A DNA stretch of 63,552 nt, filler included, from Lenisia limosa (lineage: Eukaryota; Protista; Breviatea): NCBI GenBank assembly GCA_001655205.1. It is 12 parts of 12 records of this genome, joined end to end, with 100 filler letters (N's around TTAATTAATTAA, not from the genome) between each part and the next. Parts side by side here need not be neighbours in the genome. Positions count along the whole stretch, not along the records: positions 1 to 4,497 come from LPNZ01008613.1; positions 4,598 to 5,843 come from LPNZ01002178.1; positions 5,944 to 28,692 come from LPNZ01007879.1; 9 more parts are not named here. One strand, written 5' to 3'. Positions 1-13,900 of this stretch are shown here, piece after piece. A model generated the notes under the pieces. The model ran no database searches and was not told the origin of the DNA. It was given only the letters and a program-made list of their open reading frames with translations. The stretch's first letter is position 1. The number at the start of each line of letters is the position of its first letter. A program made the translations under genes and the position numbers.

Positions 1-201
1 GGGGGGGGGGGGGGTCATTCTCATCTCTACCTAGTATATAGTATGTACATACAGTAACCAGGATAAGTCTTGACCGATTTGCAATATGATTGCCCAAGGA
101 AAATAGGTCAAGACTTATCCCTGTCACTGTATTGTAGATATTTCAGTTGATTTGGGCTTTTTTTTTTTTGTTTCATAAATGTTCCAATTTTACTCCTCCA
201 G

Positions 202-279
202 GCGGAGTATTCCTTCGGCAGTATCACGGCCATGTCCCTGGGAACCGCAGATTGCAACAGTGTCAGCATCGCTTTCAGG
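202..279 (+). CDS. Internal exon of an unidentified protein (AEYSFGSITAMSLGTADCNSVSIAFR)
   Basis: AG at 200-201 closes a family-C repeat. There are 26 open codons, then a GT donor at 280 followed by a G-run. A second probable exon lies at ~512-556. Confidence 0.5.
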
Positions 280-1317
280 GTGGGGGGNNNNNNNNNNNNN
301 NNNNNNNNNNNNNNNNNNNNNNNNNNNNNNNNNNNNNNNNNNNNNNNNNNNNNNNNNNNNNNNNNNNNNNNNNNNNNNNNNNNNNNNNNNNNNNNNNNNN
401 NNNNNNNNNNNNNNNNNNNNNNNNNNNNNNTTCAATGTCTAATCATAAATATTAGGCCCCCCGCTTACGTACTTCCCTTCACTCTCCATAAATATACCAA
501 TTTTACTCTCAGGACGCGTTTTATTTCGTCCATATTCCAATCCCCTCGCAGGACGAGGTGACACAGCACTGGTGGTGCAGAAGAGCTGCAAAGCTGTTCG
601 AGGTGCTGACCTATGTTCGTGAACAGTGTAATAACCGTCCTTCATCGGTGTCTTTTGTCTAATAGGGTGAGGGGGGCTTTCAGTGGGTTGGTAATGAGGG
701 GTGCGTTTTTGCTTTGTTTTGTTTTAAAATAAGATATTTTAAAGTTAGGTAGTGAAATCCTTCACTTAGCTTAGATTCTTACCCTTTTTTATTATTATTT
801 TTGTTCTATGTATAGTCAAAGCTCCGGACATCATTCAAAATTCCCTAACACATCAAAACTCCCGGACAGCTTGACTTGGGATTCTTGTGAACACGTTGGA
901 ATTCCCAAATTTTAAATGGGAATCCCATGGAAATTTGAAGAAATTTATGGGATTAACAAATAATATGGGAATCCAAAGTTGACGCACCGTGGTGAAGTCC
1001 ATTTACTCCTGCATTTCTGACCTTTTAGGTTCTGTATCGTTCTAGTGTATTTCTAATCTATGTGTAGTTTTGTTTCTTATTATCAATGAATTATTACGGT
1101 TTTTACGGTGGTAAAACAAAAAAATTGTCACAGTGCGTCCGAATAAATGATTTCCAAAAAAATTCGTCACTGCATCCGACAAATTCGTCACCATGCGTCA
1201 CCTTCGTTCGGGGTGGTGGTTGTAAAACTCTGAGATTACCATATTAAGTAGTGTATAATGGAGCTGAATGGAAATTGAATATTTAAATGACATTAGACGG
1301 TTTCCAAAAACAAGGTA

Positions 1318-4140
1318 TCCCCAATTCTCAAAAACAAAAAAATCGGGACCCAACCTAAGCATAATTCGTTATCACAAGGAAAAACTACGTTCACTCCTGT
1401 CTGAAAAGGACTGGTCAAATCTTGGTAGTTTTCGAACCAAATACTTCTCCCGTCATTTGCCCAAACCTTGTGCACACAGCTCTACTCTGTGTGTTTCTCC
1501 AGCATAACTTGATAGTGTATACATTATCCATTATCTTATAATTCTGTAACACGATTTATATCACATGTAGTTTCACGATAAGTTACCATTATAGATTCTT
1601 CTAATGTACGTATTGTTACAATGATAAACAAAAGTAGTGAAGTGGTGCCCAGTAAGTAAGTACGTGCTTACCATTGTAAACAACAATATTACCAGTGTAA
1701 ACAAAAGTAGTGTACATTATTATTACCATTACTGACAAGCCTGGTCCTCGTAGCCATCGTCTGTGCGCTCTCCCTCACTTGGAAATATCATCTGCCTGGG
1801 GGAAGGTGGTAAGATTGGAAGATTTATGAAACAGTTTGTGGTCTGGAAACAAAACACTGGGATAGCACAAAATATCAAAATCGCACCAATTAGAGTGATA
1901 TGGAACATTTATGGAACAAAAAAAAAAAAAAAAANNNNNNNNNNNNNNNNNNNNNNNNNNNNNNNNNNNNNNNNNNNNNNNNNNNNNNNNNNNNNNNNNN
2001 NNNNNNNNNNNNNNAAAAAGAAGAGCAAAGTGTTTTCATAAGAAATGCAAATCAATGCATACCGCTTCCTTTTCCTCCTTGATCTTCTGTTCATGATCAG
2101 GCTCATCCGAGTCTTCCTGCGAAGAAGTTAGAAAGATATTAAATATTTTTCCCCGTCTCAATCAACTACCACAAAAACGGAGTTTTATTATCAGATAATA
2201 TAATAAAACATATGGAGGCGGGGGGGGGGGNNNNNNNNNNNNNNNNNNNNNNNNNNNNNNNNNNNNNNNNNNNNNNNNNNNNNNNNNGAGAGATATTGAG
2301 ATTTATCTTGAGTCAATCGTGTCGGAACTGATCGCGGTCTCTCTAGGTTACGACAATACAAAGAGTATCCAGAAAGTATGTATAATATGCATATCATATC
2401 ATATGATAAAAGAAATACTTGTAATTTGAATCCTCAATTGAGTGCGCAAAAAAAAAAAGAGAAGAGAAACAGATAGGAGTAATTCAACCGGTCTCGTAAA
2501 TGGTATGAAGGATGATTTTTCTTCGCCCTTGTTTGTGATGATGACTTCGAGGAATTTGTCTAATGTGGTTTATCCAATGAAGATATCTCTTTCCATCCAT
2601 TCTTTCCTTTGAACAAATCCCTTTTCCAAGTTTGCATGTTTTCACAAAGCCTCCTTCATTATTTTAGATGTTCGAACTGCTGGGTATCTCACCCTTGAAT
2701 CACTTTTTGATTTTATTGCTGCCACGTGCTTATAAAACACATTTTAATTGACTGCGGTCAACAACCGACTGTTTGGTTTTCTCCCATCATGAAGGAACAA
2801 GTCATCGTGCCTTTGGAGGTATTTCACCTTACGACAATCGTTGCGCCTTTTACACTCTTTACCAAACACCGAACCCTCTTGTGACAAAATTTTGGTGTGT
2901 GTCATCCAGGACTACGTATATTCACGTGTTTAGGAGGTGCAGATTCCTTGTCATGCGTAAGGAACATGCGCTTCCATTGACGGCTATGGGGGGGGGGGGT
3001 AGCTCCNNNNNNNNNNNNNNNNNNNNNNNNNNNNNNNNNNNNNNNNNNNNNNNNNNNNNNNNNNNNNNNNNNNNNNNNNNNNNNNNNAATGTTTGCAGTG
3101 GGAGGAGGGCAAATAAGTCGGGCATCTCTGTCAAACACCACGTTTACACATTGTGGCAAGATAACGCCGTTATCATGAGGAGATTTCACCGACAGTTTAC
3201 ACGCCTGATAGATGTTGATAGGGCGGTACCGAAGGATGTTGAAATTCCCACCGAAGCAACAACACTTGGAAACCATATGACCACCAGTTCAACACTGACA
3301 TTCAAAAGGCAAAAAAATCCAAGCAGCTTCAAGCTGTTCCGCGGGCAAAAAACGCAACTTAAGATCTTGCCTTCCATTATCACCGTGCTATTGCCATGCT
3401 AACAAGCAAACTTGGTTCACATGCGATGATACCGTGGTGGCAAAGTGTTGCATGGCTTCCCCCCCCCCCCCNNNNNNNNNNNNNNNNNNNNNNNNNNNNN
3501 NNNNNNNNNNNNNNNNNNNNNNNNNNNNNNNNNNNNNNNNNNNNNNNNNNNNNNNNNNNNNNNNNNNNNNATTGCTTCGCGTCGAAATGTTGGTTTATTA
3601 CTTTCGGGACCACAATGTGTGAGGTATTGCCTTGAAGTGAACTGCGGGAGAGACTTCGTTTCACCTTTGGGAGGTCTGGTCATGAGAAAGACGATGCTCT
3701 GTAACAGCTATACATTTTAATGAGACAATATCTTAAGCTGTGCTGATGAAGCACGTACACGGCCACCAAGTGCATTGAAAAGGCCGTAGGAGCTGTGTAA
3801 CCTTGAGTGAAAAAGTTTAGATATTTAACGGACAAAGCAAATTCTTGTGAGATAATTACGTCGGAAGCTGTTCAGGAACTTCTGGCCGGTATCTGGACAG
3901 TCGGGTCCGCCAGTACAATTGCGTTCCTGGGCCCGTGGAACAATGTTCATGTTTGTTCATGTTTGTTTTAAGTAGCTTTATATCAACAGTTGTGACGTTG
4001 AAGAGAATGCGCTGGACCCAAACGTTGGCTCATAGGGGCAATATATGTATTTGTTCACTTCTCACCTCGCATAGCTTGTGAATCTCAACGAAGATGAGAC
4101 TTCGGATGGGTTGATCCTCTACCGGAAGTTGGGTCATACT
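1318..4140 (-). CDS. Multi-exon hypothetical protein, fragmented by gaps
   Basis: Minus-strand exon-like segments bounded by AG/GT: ~1727-1795 (QMIFPSEGERTDDGYEDQAC), ~2063-2118 (EDSDEPDHEQKIKEEKEA), ~2925-2983 (RQWKRMFLTHDKESAPPKH) and ~1318-1483. No family recognised, and the segments may belong to more than one gene. Confidence 0.35.
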
Positions 4141-4541
4141 CGTCACTATGACATACAATTGTAAATATTTATAGAAATGAAAAACTGTATGAAGCCTGAA
4201 TCACCGCACGACTCTGAAGGGACCTTTGTTCAGACTATTCTTAGATACAACGGTCTGATAAATCATGCACTCGAATGTTCTGACATTTTTAGAAGCACAT
4301 GTATGAACACATTATTTAATCATCTTGGCCAAATCCCTTTTAATTTAAGCAAACACCACTGGTCAGGACCGAGTTCAGGAAATTAATGCCTTTGGATTAA
4401 AGGCAAAAACAATCACTTGGAACTCATTGATGCATTTACTTGTTCAGAAAAGTAAACCTATAAAACCTTGATATGACTCAGCAACCCATTTTTTGGTNNN
4501 NNNNNNNNNNNNNNNNNNNNNNNNNNNNNNNNNNNNNNNNN

Positions 4542-4553
4542 TTAATTAATTAA
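4542..4553. other. Artificial TTAATTAATTAA contig-join spacer
   Basis: All-frame-stop 12-mer embedded in N runs. The same spacer occurs at ~5888, 28737, 34058, 38677, 40748, 42140, 43266, 46655, 53495 and 62415. Confidence 0.95.
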
Positions 4554-4859
4554 NNNNNNNNNNNNNNNNNNNNNNNNNNNNNNNNNNNNNNNNNNNNGTT
4601 TGTATACGGAAAAGGGTACAACTGGGGGTCGGGAGGCTCTCACTAGTTTTTTTTTACTGGGAGGGTAAGGCGCAAAGATTAGTATTAGTATATCAAATCA
4701 CTGTTCTTTTCCCTTTTTTGCTTTCTCTCACTTCCGGCTGTTGTTTGTCTTTATGTTAAGGGTCGTAAGAGATGCCATAAAACATCACGTGTCTATTTGT
4801 TGTGGATATGTCGGAAACGCAAAGATTGGCTCTAGTGAGTTTTCTCTGGGGAGGTACAC

Positions 4860-5000
4860 AGCAGGCTGTATGCACAGAGTTATAAGGTAAATGATTGGGT
4901 GCATTAGTATTATACAATATTCCAATATCTCTTATAAACGTGATGGTGTGGACGGCTTTGGCTAGATACAACCTTGTTTTATTTCTCATTGCTATATGTT
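4860..5000. repeat. Family D dispersed intronic repeat
   Basis: Core taaacgtgatggtgtggacggctttggctagatacaaccttgttttatttctcattgctata recurs at ~32380-32430, 38205-38275 and 46750-46850. It is inverted at 24655-24850 (several degenerate copies) and 60120-60240. Confidence 0.7.
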
Positions 5001-5243
5001 CTTATCCCTTTTTACGTTCATCACTTCGGGCTGTTGTTTATAATCAGGAATAGGTGCAAAGACTGGTGGTATCGCTAAGCTTAGATATTGTTGTTATGCT
5101 GTTCAGCTTACAGTGACCAGGATAAGTCTTGACCTCCTTTGGAAATCACATGGCAATTCAGTCAAGACTTATCCCGGTCACTTTACATTCCTTTTGCCTT
5201 ATATTCAGCTTGTGTATTGCTCCTTTTGCCTGATGCTATTCAG

Positions 5244-5762
5244 CTTAACAACGCGGTTGTGGCCCAAAAAAGGCAGGTGATCGAAGCTGCGAAATACGAC
5301 GGAATCATCATGCAGAGGGTCAGGACTCGACTTGACGAACTGCAGTCGAGTGGGAGGGGCGGGCAAAGAATGAAACAAAACAAGATTAATTACCGGTACA
5401 TTATCGATAGTTTTCGAGGATTTATCGAGAAATTCAGTCTTTTTTCGAATTGAAGTGAAGCTGTTCATGTTAAAGGATGGGTACGAAATCCCCCAGAATA
5501 ATTTTTTGATTTTTTTAAGTAGTTCGGGCTTCGAACTGACTTGAAGACCTGGGGGGTGGGGGCTTATGTAAAATACTTAATCACTTGACCTTCTTTATTC
5601 AGCATCCATTTTTGTTATTCTTTAATAGTAGTCTCAGAGAACAAGTTTCTAATTTCTTTAGAACCACAAGTTCTCGACCTTCAGTCTTTGGAACTTACAC
5701 TGCTCGCTTTGGTTGAGGAAATTGACGTTATTCTCTGCAAACGCCAGCTAGCAGTTGCTTCA
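5244..5762 (+). CDS. Two exons of an unidentified helical protein
   Basis: Exons LNNAVVAQKRQVIEAAKYDGIIMQRVRTRLDELQS (donor followed by a G-run) and SENKFLISLEPQVLDLQSLELTLLALVEEIDVILCKRQLAVAS lie on the small contig 4598-5843. Confidence 0.4.
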
Positions 5763-5944
5763 GGTGTGTGGAAAGGATTTTTCGCATTTTTGAACTTTTT
5801 TTTTTTTTGGAAATTCACACCCCCTCTCAATACATGAATACATNNNNNNNNNNNNNNNNNNNNNNNNNNNNNNNNNNNNNNNNNNNNTTAATTAATTAAN
5901 NNNNNNNNNNNNNNNNNNNNNNNNNNNNNNNNNNNNNNNNNNNC

Positions 5945-7111
<1,167 letters not shown>

Positions 7112-7436
7112 TTTTCCTAACGTATATCACAAATATGAAATAAACACTAAAAAGATCTAAAACGCTCAACCAAAAAATCAGCACAAAAAACAGTAAACAT
7201 GGAGGATGTATAATTTGCTTTTTCTTGAAATTTTTGCCCGAATTCGATTCATCTCGCCATCTATTAATTGTGCTTCATGTGTGTGTCACCACTAACTATT
7301 ATATGATTAGTTGACTCATAGATTTCGCTTGAACATCACTTTTCAAGTATCGCCTTTCTTCTGTGAACCCTAAAGGCATTGTTAACACTCGTCACCGTTA
7401 TTGACAGATTTTTTATATACGTTTGCAAATATTTAA

Positions 7437-7956
7437 ATGATCCTGTAAGTCATGGCTTTAAATCAATGTTGTGACCTCTTTTCAGACAAGAAGGTTACTT
7501 TGTCGATGGGATGTTTATCTTCCCTGGGGATGGGATGCTTCTTGAAGAGCCACCTAAATTGAAAGATCAGAAAAGCAAATTACAACGGCGTCAATCTGAA
7601 TCTCGCCGCTCTCGACCTTCCTCTTCTTCTACCCGTAAATCGAGCTCTAACAAGGTAATAAGTTCTTGGATTTGTGGTTAGCAGCTCATTCTATCTGTCT
7701 TCCCATTTTCTTTCCATCTCAGCTTTTTTTCATTTTCAAGGATACCCGTGCGTCTCCTTCTCCCAAGGCCAATTGCTATGGCTCTGCCAAGTTCTTAAAA
7801 ACACCAGAGCCTTCATCCCTCCCGTTGCCTTCCTTTGGGGTTGAAGATAGCTTCCCATCAGGCCCTAGGTCCGCCTCATCACTCTCTGAATCTAGTCAGT
7901 CTTCTGACGACCTTGATGATGCTTCCGATAAACTCAAGGCCCTTCTTCGCATTTAA
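7437..7956 (+). CDS. Small Ser-rich protein with PNRC/Edc1-type motif (putative decapping activator)
   Basis: Three exons, ATG at 7437 and TAA at 7954-7956. Contains YGSAKFLKTPEPSSLPLPSF, resembling the YAGAKF..P.P..LP.P motif of the PNRC/Edc1 family. Confidence 0.65.
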
Positions 7957-8362
7957 TGCGCTTTCTATTTCTATTTCTATATCTACATGCTTTGTCTATT
8001 ATTGTTTTTCCTCTTCTCCTCTTGTGTTTTACTGGTTTTTTTCTTCTGTTTTTTTATTTTTTTATTTTGTAAGTTTGGTTGTGTGAGGCCTTTCTTTTTC
8101 AAAGGTGGCTTTACGTTATCTGTTATCATAAGTGTTTTTGGAATGTTTGAGAGTTTTTCTCTTGTTTACTCTGGTTTGTTAATACCAGTTATCTAAATAT
8201 AAGTTATAATTACAATTACTCTTGGAGAATTTCAGGGTGACAAATATATTTATTGTTGACTCGAGTTATTGCAATATGGATTGGAGGATTTTTTTGGTAT
8301 AAAGATTTGATACAATAATATATGATACTGAGTGAAAGAAACAACCAAAGAAAAGAGTTCGT

Positions 8363-10882
8363 CTAATGGTATACCATCTGCTCGACATCCCATCCTGGAA
8401 TAGGGAAGGCCTAGGGATAAATTAAAAGAGCTGATGTTAGCTTACCTTTGAGAACTCCATTACATCATTTCCAAGTTCTTCAACCATTGGGTGCGAACGC
8501 TGTTGAAATTAAACGGTACACCAGAACAGCTCGGTATTGTTGCCATTGACTTGAAAAGAACACCACAATCCCCTCCCACTCCTTCCGTTTCCATGTACTC
8601 AAGGAAACCCTTGACCTTCTTGGGTGCTATAAAGTGAGACTTGTGGAACAACCATTGAGCCAACTCTTGTCTTCCTTCTTCAAAGCGGCAGTGATGTCAA
8701 CGCCACGAGCAAGGAAATCAGCTACCTTCAAAGTAAATCGAATATGTGTTTACTCTTTACCTTTTCGAAATCAGTTTCCACCATTCCACGAGTAGTGAGA
8801 GCAGGAGAGCCAAGACGCATGCCTCCTGGGTAGAGCGCAGACTTATCCCCTGAATATAAGAAAATCTTATACCAATGGATTTCAACTCACCAGGAACCGA
8901 ATTCTTATTGATGGTGATATGTGAAAGCTCCAAAACCTTCTCAGCTCTTGCACCATCAACACCCTAAACCCATCAGATGAAACAGTCGTCAAACCTTGTT
9001 CTTCAAATCAACAAGAAGAAGATGGTTATCAGTTCCACCGGATACAAGTTTGAACCCATGGTGGGCAAGGCGGTTACCAAGTGCTTGGGCATTACTCAAA
9101 ACCTTGAAGAGTAATACAAAAACCAACTGAGCTCTACCTGCTTCTGGTATTCCTTAAACTCCGGAGTTTGACTTTCAGCAAGCGCGACAGCAACTCCAGC
9201 AATTTGGTGCTGATATATGAGAACAAATATTGCACGATACAACGCACCTGATGAGGACCTCCCTGAAGAGCAGGGAAGACGGCAAAGTTGATCTTTTCTT
9301 CTAAGTCATATTTGGTGCCGTCAGCCTACTTGGTTAAAATCTATCCATTCAACCGTCCTAATTTACCTTGGTTCCCTTTCGGAAGAAGATCATACCAGAT
9401 CGGGGGCCTCTGAGAGTCTTGTGAGTGGTGGTAGTGACCTATTATGTTAGTGAAGGTAATGAAAGGCAGAAGCACCAGGAACTATCTTACGATGTCAGCA
9501 TAGTCGAAAGGCGACTGAGGAAGGAGCTTGGCGGCCTCCAATCCAGATACATGAGCCATATCAGCAAGAAGGTAAGACTTGTGCTGATCACATATCTGGA
9601 ATATTACATTAGCTTCAAGAATACGCTCCACATCAACATCAACACACGCACATACAGCTCTGAACTTTTCGTAGTCAAGAGACCTAGGGTAGGCAGAGAA
9701 GCCAGCGATAATCATCTTGGGGCGGACAACAGAAGCAGTTCTTTCCAGGAAAGTATAGTCAATAAGCCCAGTGGACTAAATTATAATCAAAACTCCGCCT
9801 AAGATAATTGAATATGAATGATACCTCATATCCACTAGCATGATAATTGAACTCCAATACACTCAGATGAAACCTCGTGTTATCTTCGTTCATCAATTTG
9901 ACTCGAACGTCGCCATATGATCATACCACTTGTGGATATGGCAAAATGTATTACTGTAAGTTCAGGCAAATAGTAGTTCACAAGGCAACTAAAGATTCCT
10001 TCCCAATTGCTTTCTTGTATTGACCAATATACCTCATCAAGAGTGTACGGGATAGACTCGAAGTACACGGATGTAGCAGAAATGCGCTTGTTGGGAGTAG
10101 CAAAGCTGTAAATAATGTTACACTTCTATCTTTGAGCAGTTTCTATCATCAACGGAGCCAACAAACCCGTGAGTGAGATGTCCGCCACCTGGGAGGTCCA
10201 GGCCCATAATACGGTCGTGGGGGTTGAGCACTGCAGTCATGGCAGCAAAGTTAGCTGGGGATCCTGGACCCAATTAGAACAGAAAATCAAAACACAATAA
10301 CATAAAGCCTCACCAGAATAGGGTTGAACGTTAACACCCCATTCCTCCGGGTTAAGGCCAAAGGCAGAGAGAGCACGGTCCTAAGAAGTCAACAGCTTGA
10401 CAAAGAACCAACCTGACATAAACGTTCGACTTGGTCAATGAACTCGTTTCCTCCATAATAACTAGGAAGTTATGACAAACACAGACTAAGAGGGTATTGA
10501 AAACAAAACCAAAGAAGAATGGGGAATCAGGGAAAAGCCTCCCACCGAGCACCAGGATAGCCTTCAGCATATTTATTGGTCAGAGCAGATCCAAGTGCCT
10601 CTGTGACAGCACGGGAGGTGAAGTTCTGCAGGTTATTATTAGGGATCAGGAAATACCTCAGATGCAATAAGTTCAAGTCCTTTCCATTGCCTGTTCTTTT
10701 CTTTTTCAATAAGATCAAAGATAACGGGATCAGACTCTCTGAGGGGGTTGTCGCTTCTCTAGAAAAGTGAACTCCTCAAACCAATCTGCAACTCTTACAG
10801 TGAGAGTAGCCAGCGAACGGCATGACCTTGAGACTTGAGTTGCCAACCTCCCTGCAAGTGATGCTTTGGCAATAGAGAGCAT
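8363..10882 (-). CDS. SHMT: Serine hydroxymethyltransferase, mitochondrial type
   Basis: Spliced translation contains [50 protein letters not shown] and LLADMAHISGL. The N-terminus [25 protein letters not shown] is Arg/Ser/Ala-rich with no acidic residues, like a mitochondrial presequence. Stop TAG at 8363-8365. Many 30-60 nt introns. Confidence 0.97.
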
Positions 10883-10970
10883 TATGAAGATTTCCTCAGG
10901 CTCTAGTTGATTCCTCTGTTTTTTTTGCCGTGTCAGTGCCGTCTCTTGGATCGTGTGGTCCTCTTGTTTC

Positions 10971-13900
10971 TTATTCTCCAATGCAAAAGGTTTTCTGAAG
11001 GCAACCTGAAGGTTTTTCTGTTTTCCGAACCAAACTCCCGGCTCTGGCCAGGAGGGAGGCATGTCACATCACATATATAATACATAGATAACATAATCTT
11101 AATTTCTTGCAACAAAGGAATTCTGTGTCTGTAACCTTTGACTTGTCCCTTGTCGCATCACAGGACGTTGTTGCCCAGTTTGTAAACGAGGCTGGAAAGT
11201 AAGCAAAAAAAAATGGTGCACATACGTTGCTTCCCTGAGTCATGAGGCGTTGCTGGCTATTGGACTGGTTCATACCCATGCCCATGTTGCCTAAAGGTTT
11301 AGAAATGATAATTAAAGAGTGATATCTACTATGGTTACTACAATAATAATATGACACTGAGATCTTTCACAAAAAAAAACACCTTGAGTGTTCATGCGTT
11401 GCGGGCTCATTTGGGACTGACCGGTCCGAGGGGGGCTCATCATGCCTGAATTCATGCGTTGTGGGGCCTAAAACATCAACATCGCTTTTGTTCCTGGTAA
11501 ACTAACCTGGCGCTGAACGTTACCCATGCTGCCTTGATTCTGCATTCCCATGCTACCCATGCTTCCCTGGTTTTGCATCCCCATGTTCATGCTGCCTTGG
11601 TTCTGCATGCTGTTGTTGCTCATTCCACTCATGTTGCTCATGCTTCCTTGCCCTTGCATGCCCATTCCCATCTGGTTCTGGCGCATTTGGTTGGTGTTGA
11701 TACTGTCCTAAAATAATATGAGAGACCCACACAACCTTACATTGCTCACAACCGAACTGTTCATTGACATTGAGATCTAAAGAGTAAACGGCCACTCCAG
11801 TCCAGGGTGAAGCCAACCTGGGAAGTTGACATTGCTGTGCCGAGTCTCGAGTCCATTGACGAAAACGTCTGGGCTGTAGTCATACGGTCCATGTTCTGAA
11901 TACCAGACATGGTGCTGCCGCCACCCATCATCATCTGAAAGATAACGCAAAAGCTTTCCAATAACCCACATCGGAAGCCGTCATAATATCACGAGAATAG
12001 TCATCCATGATAGGCCCTTGTGAATAGCAACCCGATCTTTAAAGTAAGGCTTCAACGCAAGCAAATAAAAACTTACGCCATGGAGCCTGCGGTGTTTAGT
12101 CTTTCCATGCCCATTGAATTGGCGGTGCCGAGCCGGCCGTCATTCTGCATGCCAGTCATTGGTCGGTTGACGAACTAAGAAGTCAGTTTGTCTCTCAGGA
12201 CTCGTCTAACTAACCACATTGGCCTGGGCTACTGTCTTTAATGTTGGATGTTGCCGACTAGCATTCTATGGGGTTACTTAGCAAGTAGGCTTTTTGAGCC
12301 AACCATTGTGCCCATTTCGTTCTGTGCTTCCTTTGACTCAGTTCCTTCGGTTTCATACTGAAATGTCTGTTATAAACATGAAATACCAACCTTCTCTCCC
12401 TTTTTGCCCTTATCCTTCGCCTTAACACTACACGCCTTCTCCAAGAAATCAACAGTGGCAAATTGTCCTGTCAACATGGCTGTATCTACTGGTGCCAGAT
12501 TGTCCTAAACAATGAAACAGACCCTCTACTCCTACAATATCCCGTTCAAGCGGCTTGTGCTTCATTGCAATGATGGCTTCTAAAACCTGAAGAAATCAGA
12601 TCAATTCTCCAAGGTACACACCAAGCGTATATTGCACATAAACAAAAATGAAGTTCATTATAAAACCAACGCACATTAATATGGCCGAAACCTGCAGCAA
12701 CATGAGCTGGTGTACGGCCATTTTTAGATTTACCTATAATTGTAAATAAGATGTCTTAGAGAGAAATAAGCCTACAATCAATTTTCAACTTGGCCTCATT
12801 AACAAGGAACTTCAAGGCCTCAACATGACCGTGGCGCGCTGCGTAATGTACCGCCGAGAGTCCGAGCTAGAGCATAAACAGCAGACGAGTTGACAAACAA
12901 TATCCCTTGCGTCCGATTGACATTTGTTAGCGACCAACCACTCCAACGCTGCCGTTTTACCTCCTTTAGCTGCAGCATGGATAGCTGTTTTACCTTCCTG
13001 ATAAAGTCAGCAACAAATAAGCAACGATAATACTACCCCCCTCCACCCCACCCCCCAACTCACATGGTCTTTACAATTAATATTAACACGATGAGTTTGG
13101 GCCAAATATGCCATAGCCTTTACTCGGCCTAAACAATGAGAAAACTATTTGTAACAGCCTACCCTTCTTAGCCGCACTATGAAACGGGGTCTTTCCAAAC
13201 TACAACAATTATAATAAGTAAGCCAACTTCATCAGCTGCAAAGGGATCTCCTCCTTTCGTTTCGGTCAAATATTTAAGAAGTTTAACTTTACCACCAGCA
13301 GCAGCATAATGAAGAATTGTTTTACCATACTAAACAATGAAAAACGAAGAGGACCTCACCATGTCAGCTTCATCAACTGCCATGCCACACTTCTCTATCA
13401 TCCATTTAATAATATCAAAGTTACTGTGTCTAGCAGCACAATGGCATGCTGTTCGTCCATCCTAATATAGCATATAAGTTTCTTGGTAACAATAAAAAAA
13501 AAAGCACCCACCGCATCTCTAATGAAAGGTGGAACCATACAGCTCTCAACAAGCCATTGTGCTACATTCAAATGTCCTCCAATACAAGCCATGTGAAGAG
13601 GGGTCACACCAGTCTAGAACGATAAAGACAGCCACTTTGATCTACTTGAGGAGGAAAGAAAATCTCTATCCACTCACCTGAGAATGGTCATCAGGTGGAG
13701 CGCCCATTGTAATAATACTCCAGTGAATGACTTCCATTTTCCCACTTGACGCTGCAAAATGGACCACTGATTGTCCCAGCTGTTTACGTCATTACAACTC
13801 TGTTGTTCCAACCTTGTCTCTCTTTTCAACATTAACACCAATAGCCTTAATCAACCAATTAACAACTTCAAAATGTCCTCCCGCAGCCGCAAAATGAAGT

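Noticed and set aside
860-1200. Weak inverted and direct repeats (gggattc/gaatccc; cgtcac motifs)
   Set aside because: They are short, imperfect and single-copy in the window, with no TSD to support an element call.
9425-9802. Plus-strand 125-aa ORF
   Set aside because: It is the antisense shadow of SHMT exons.
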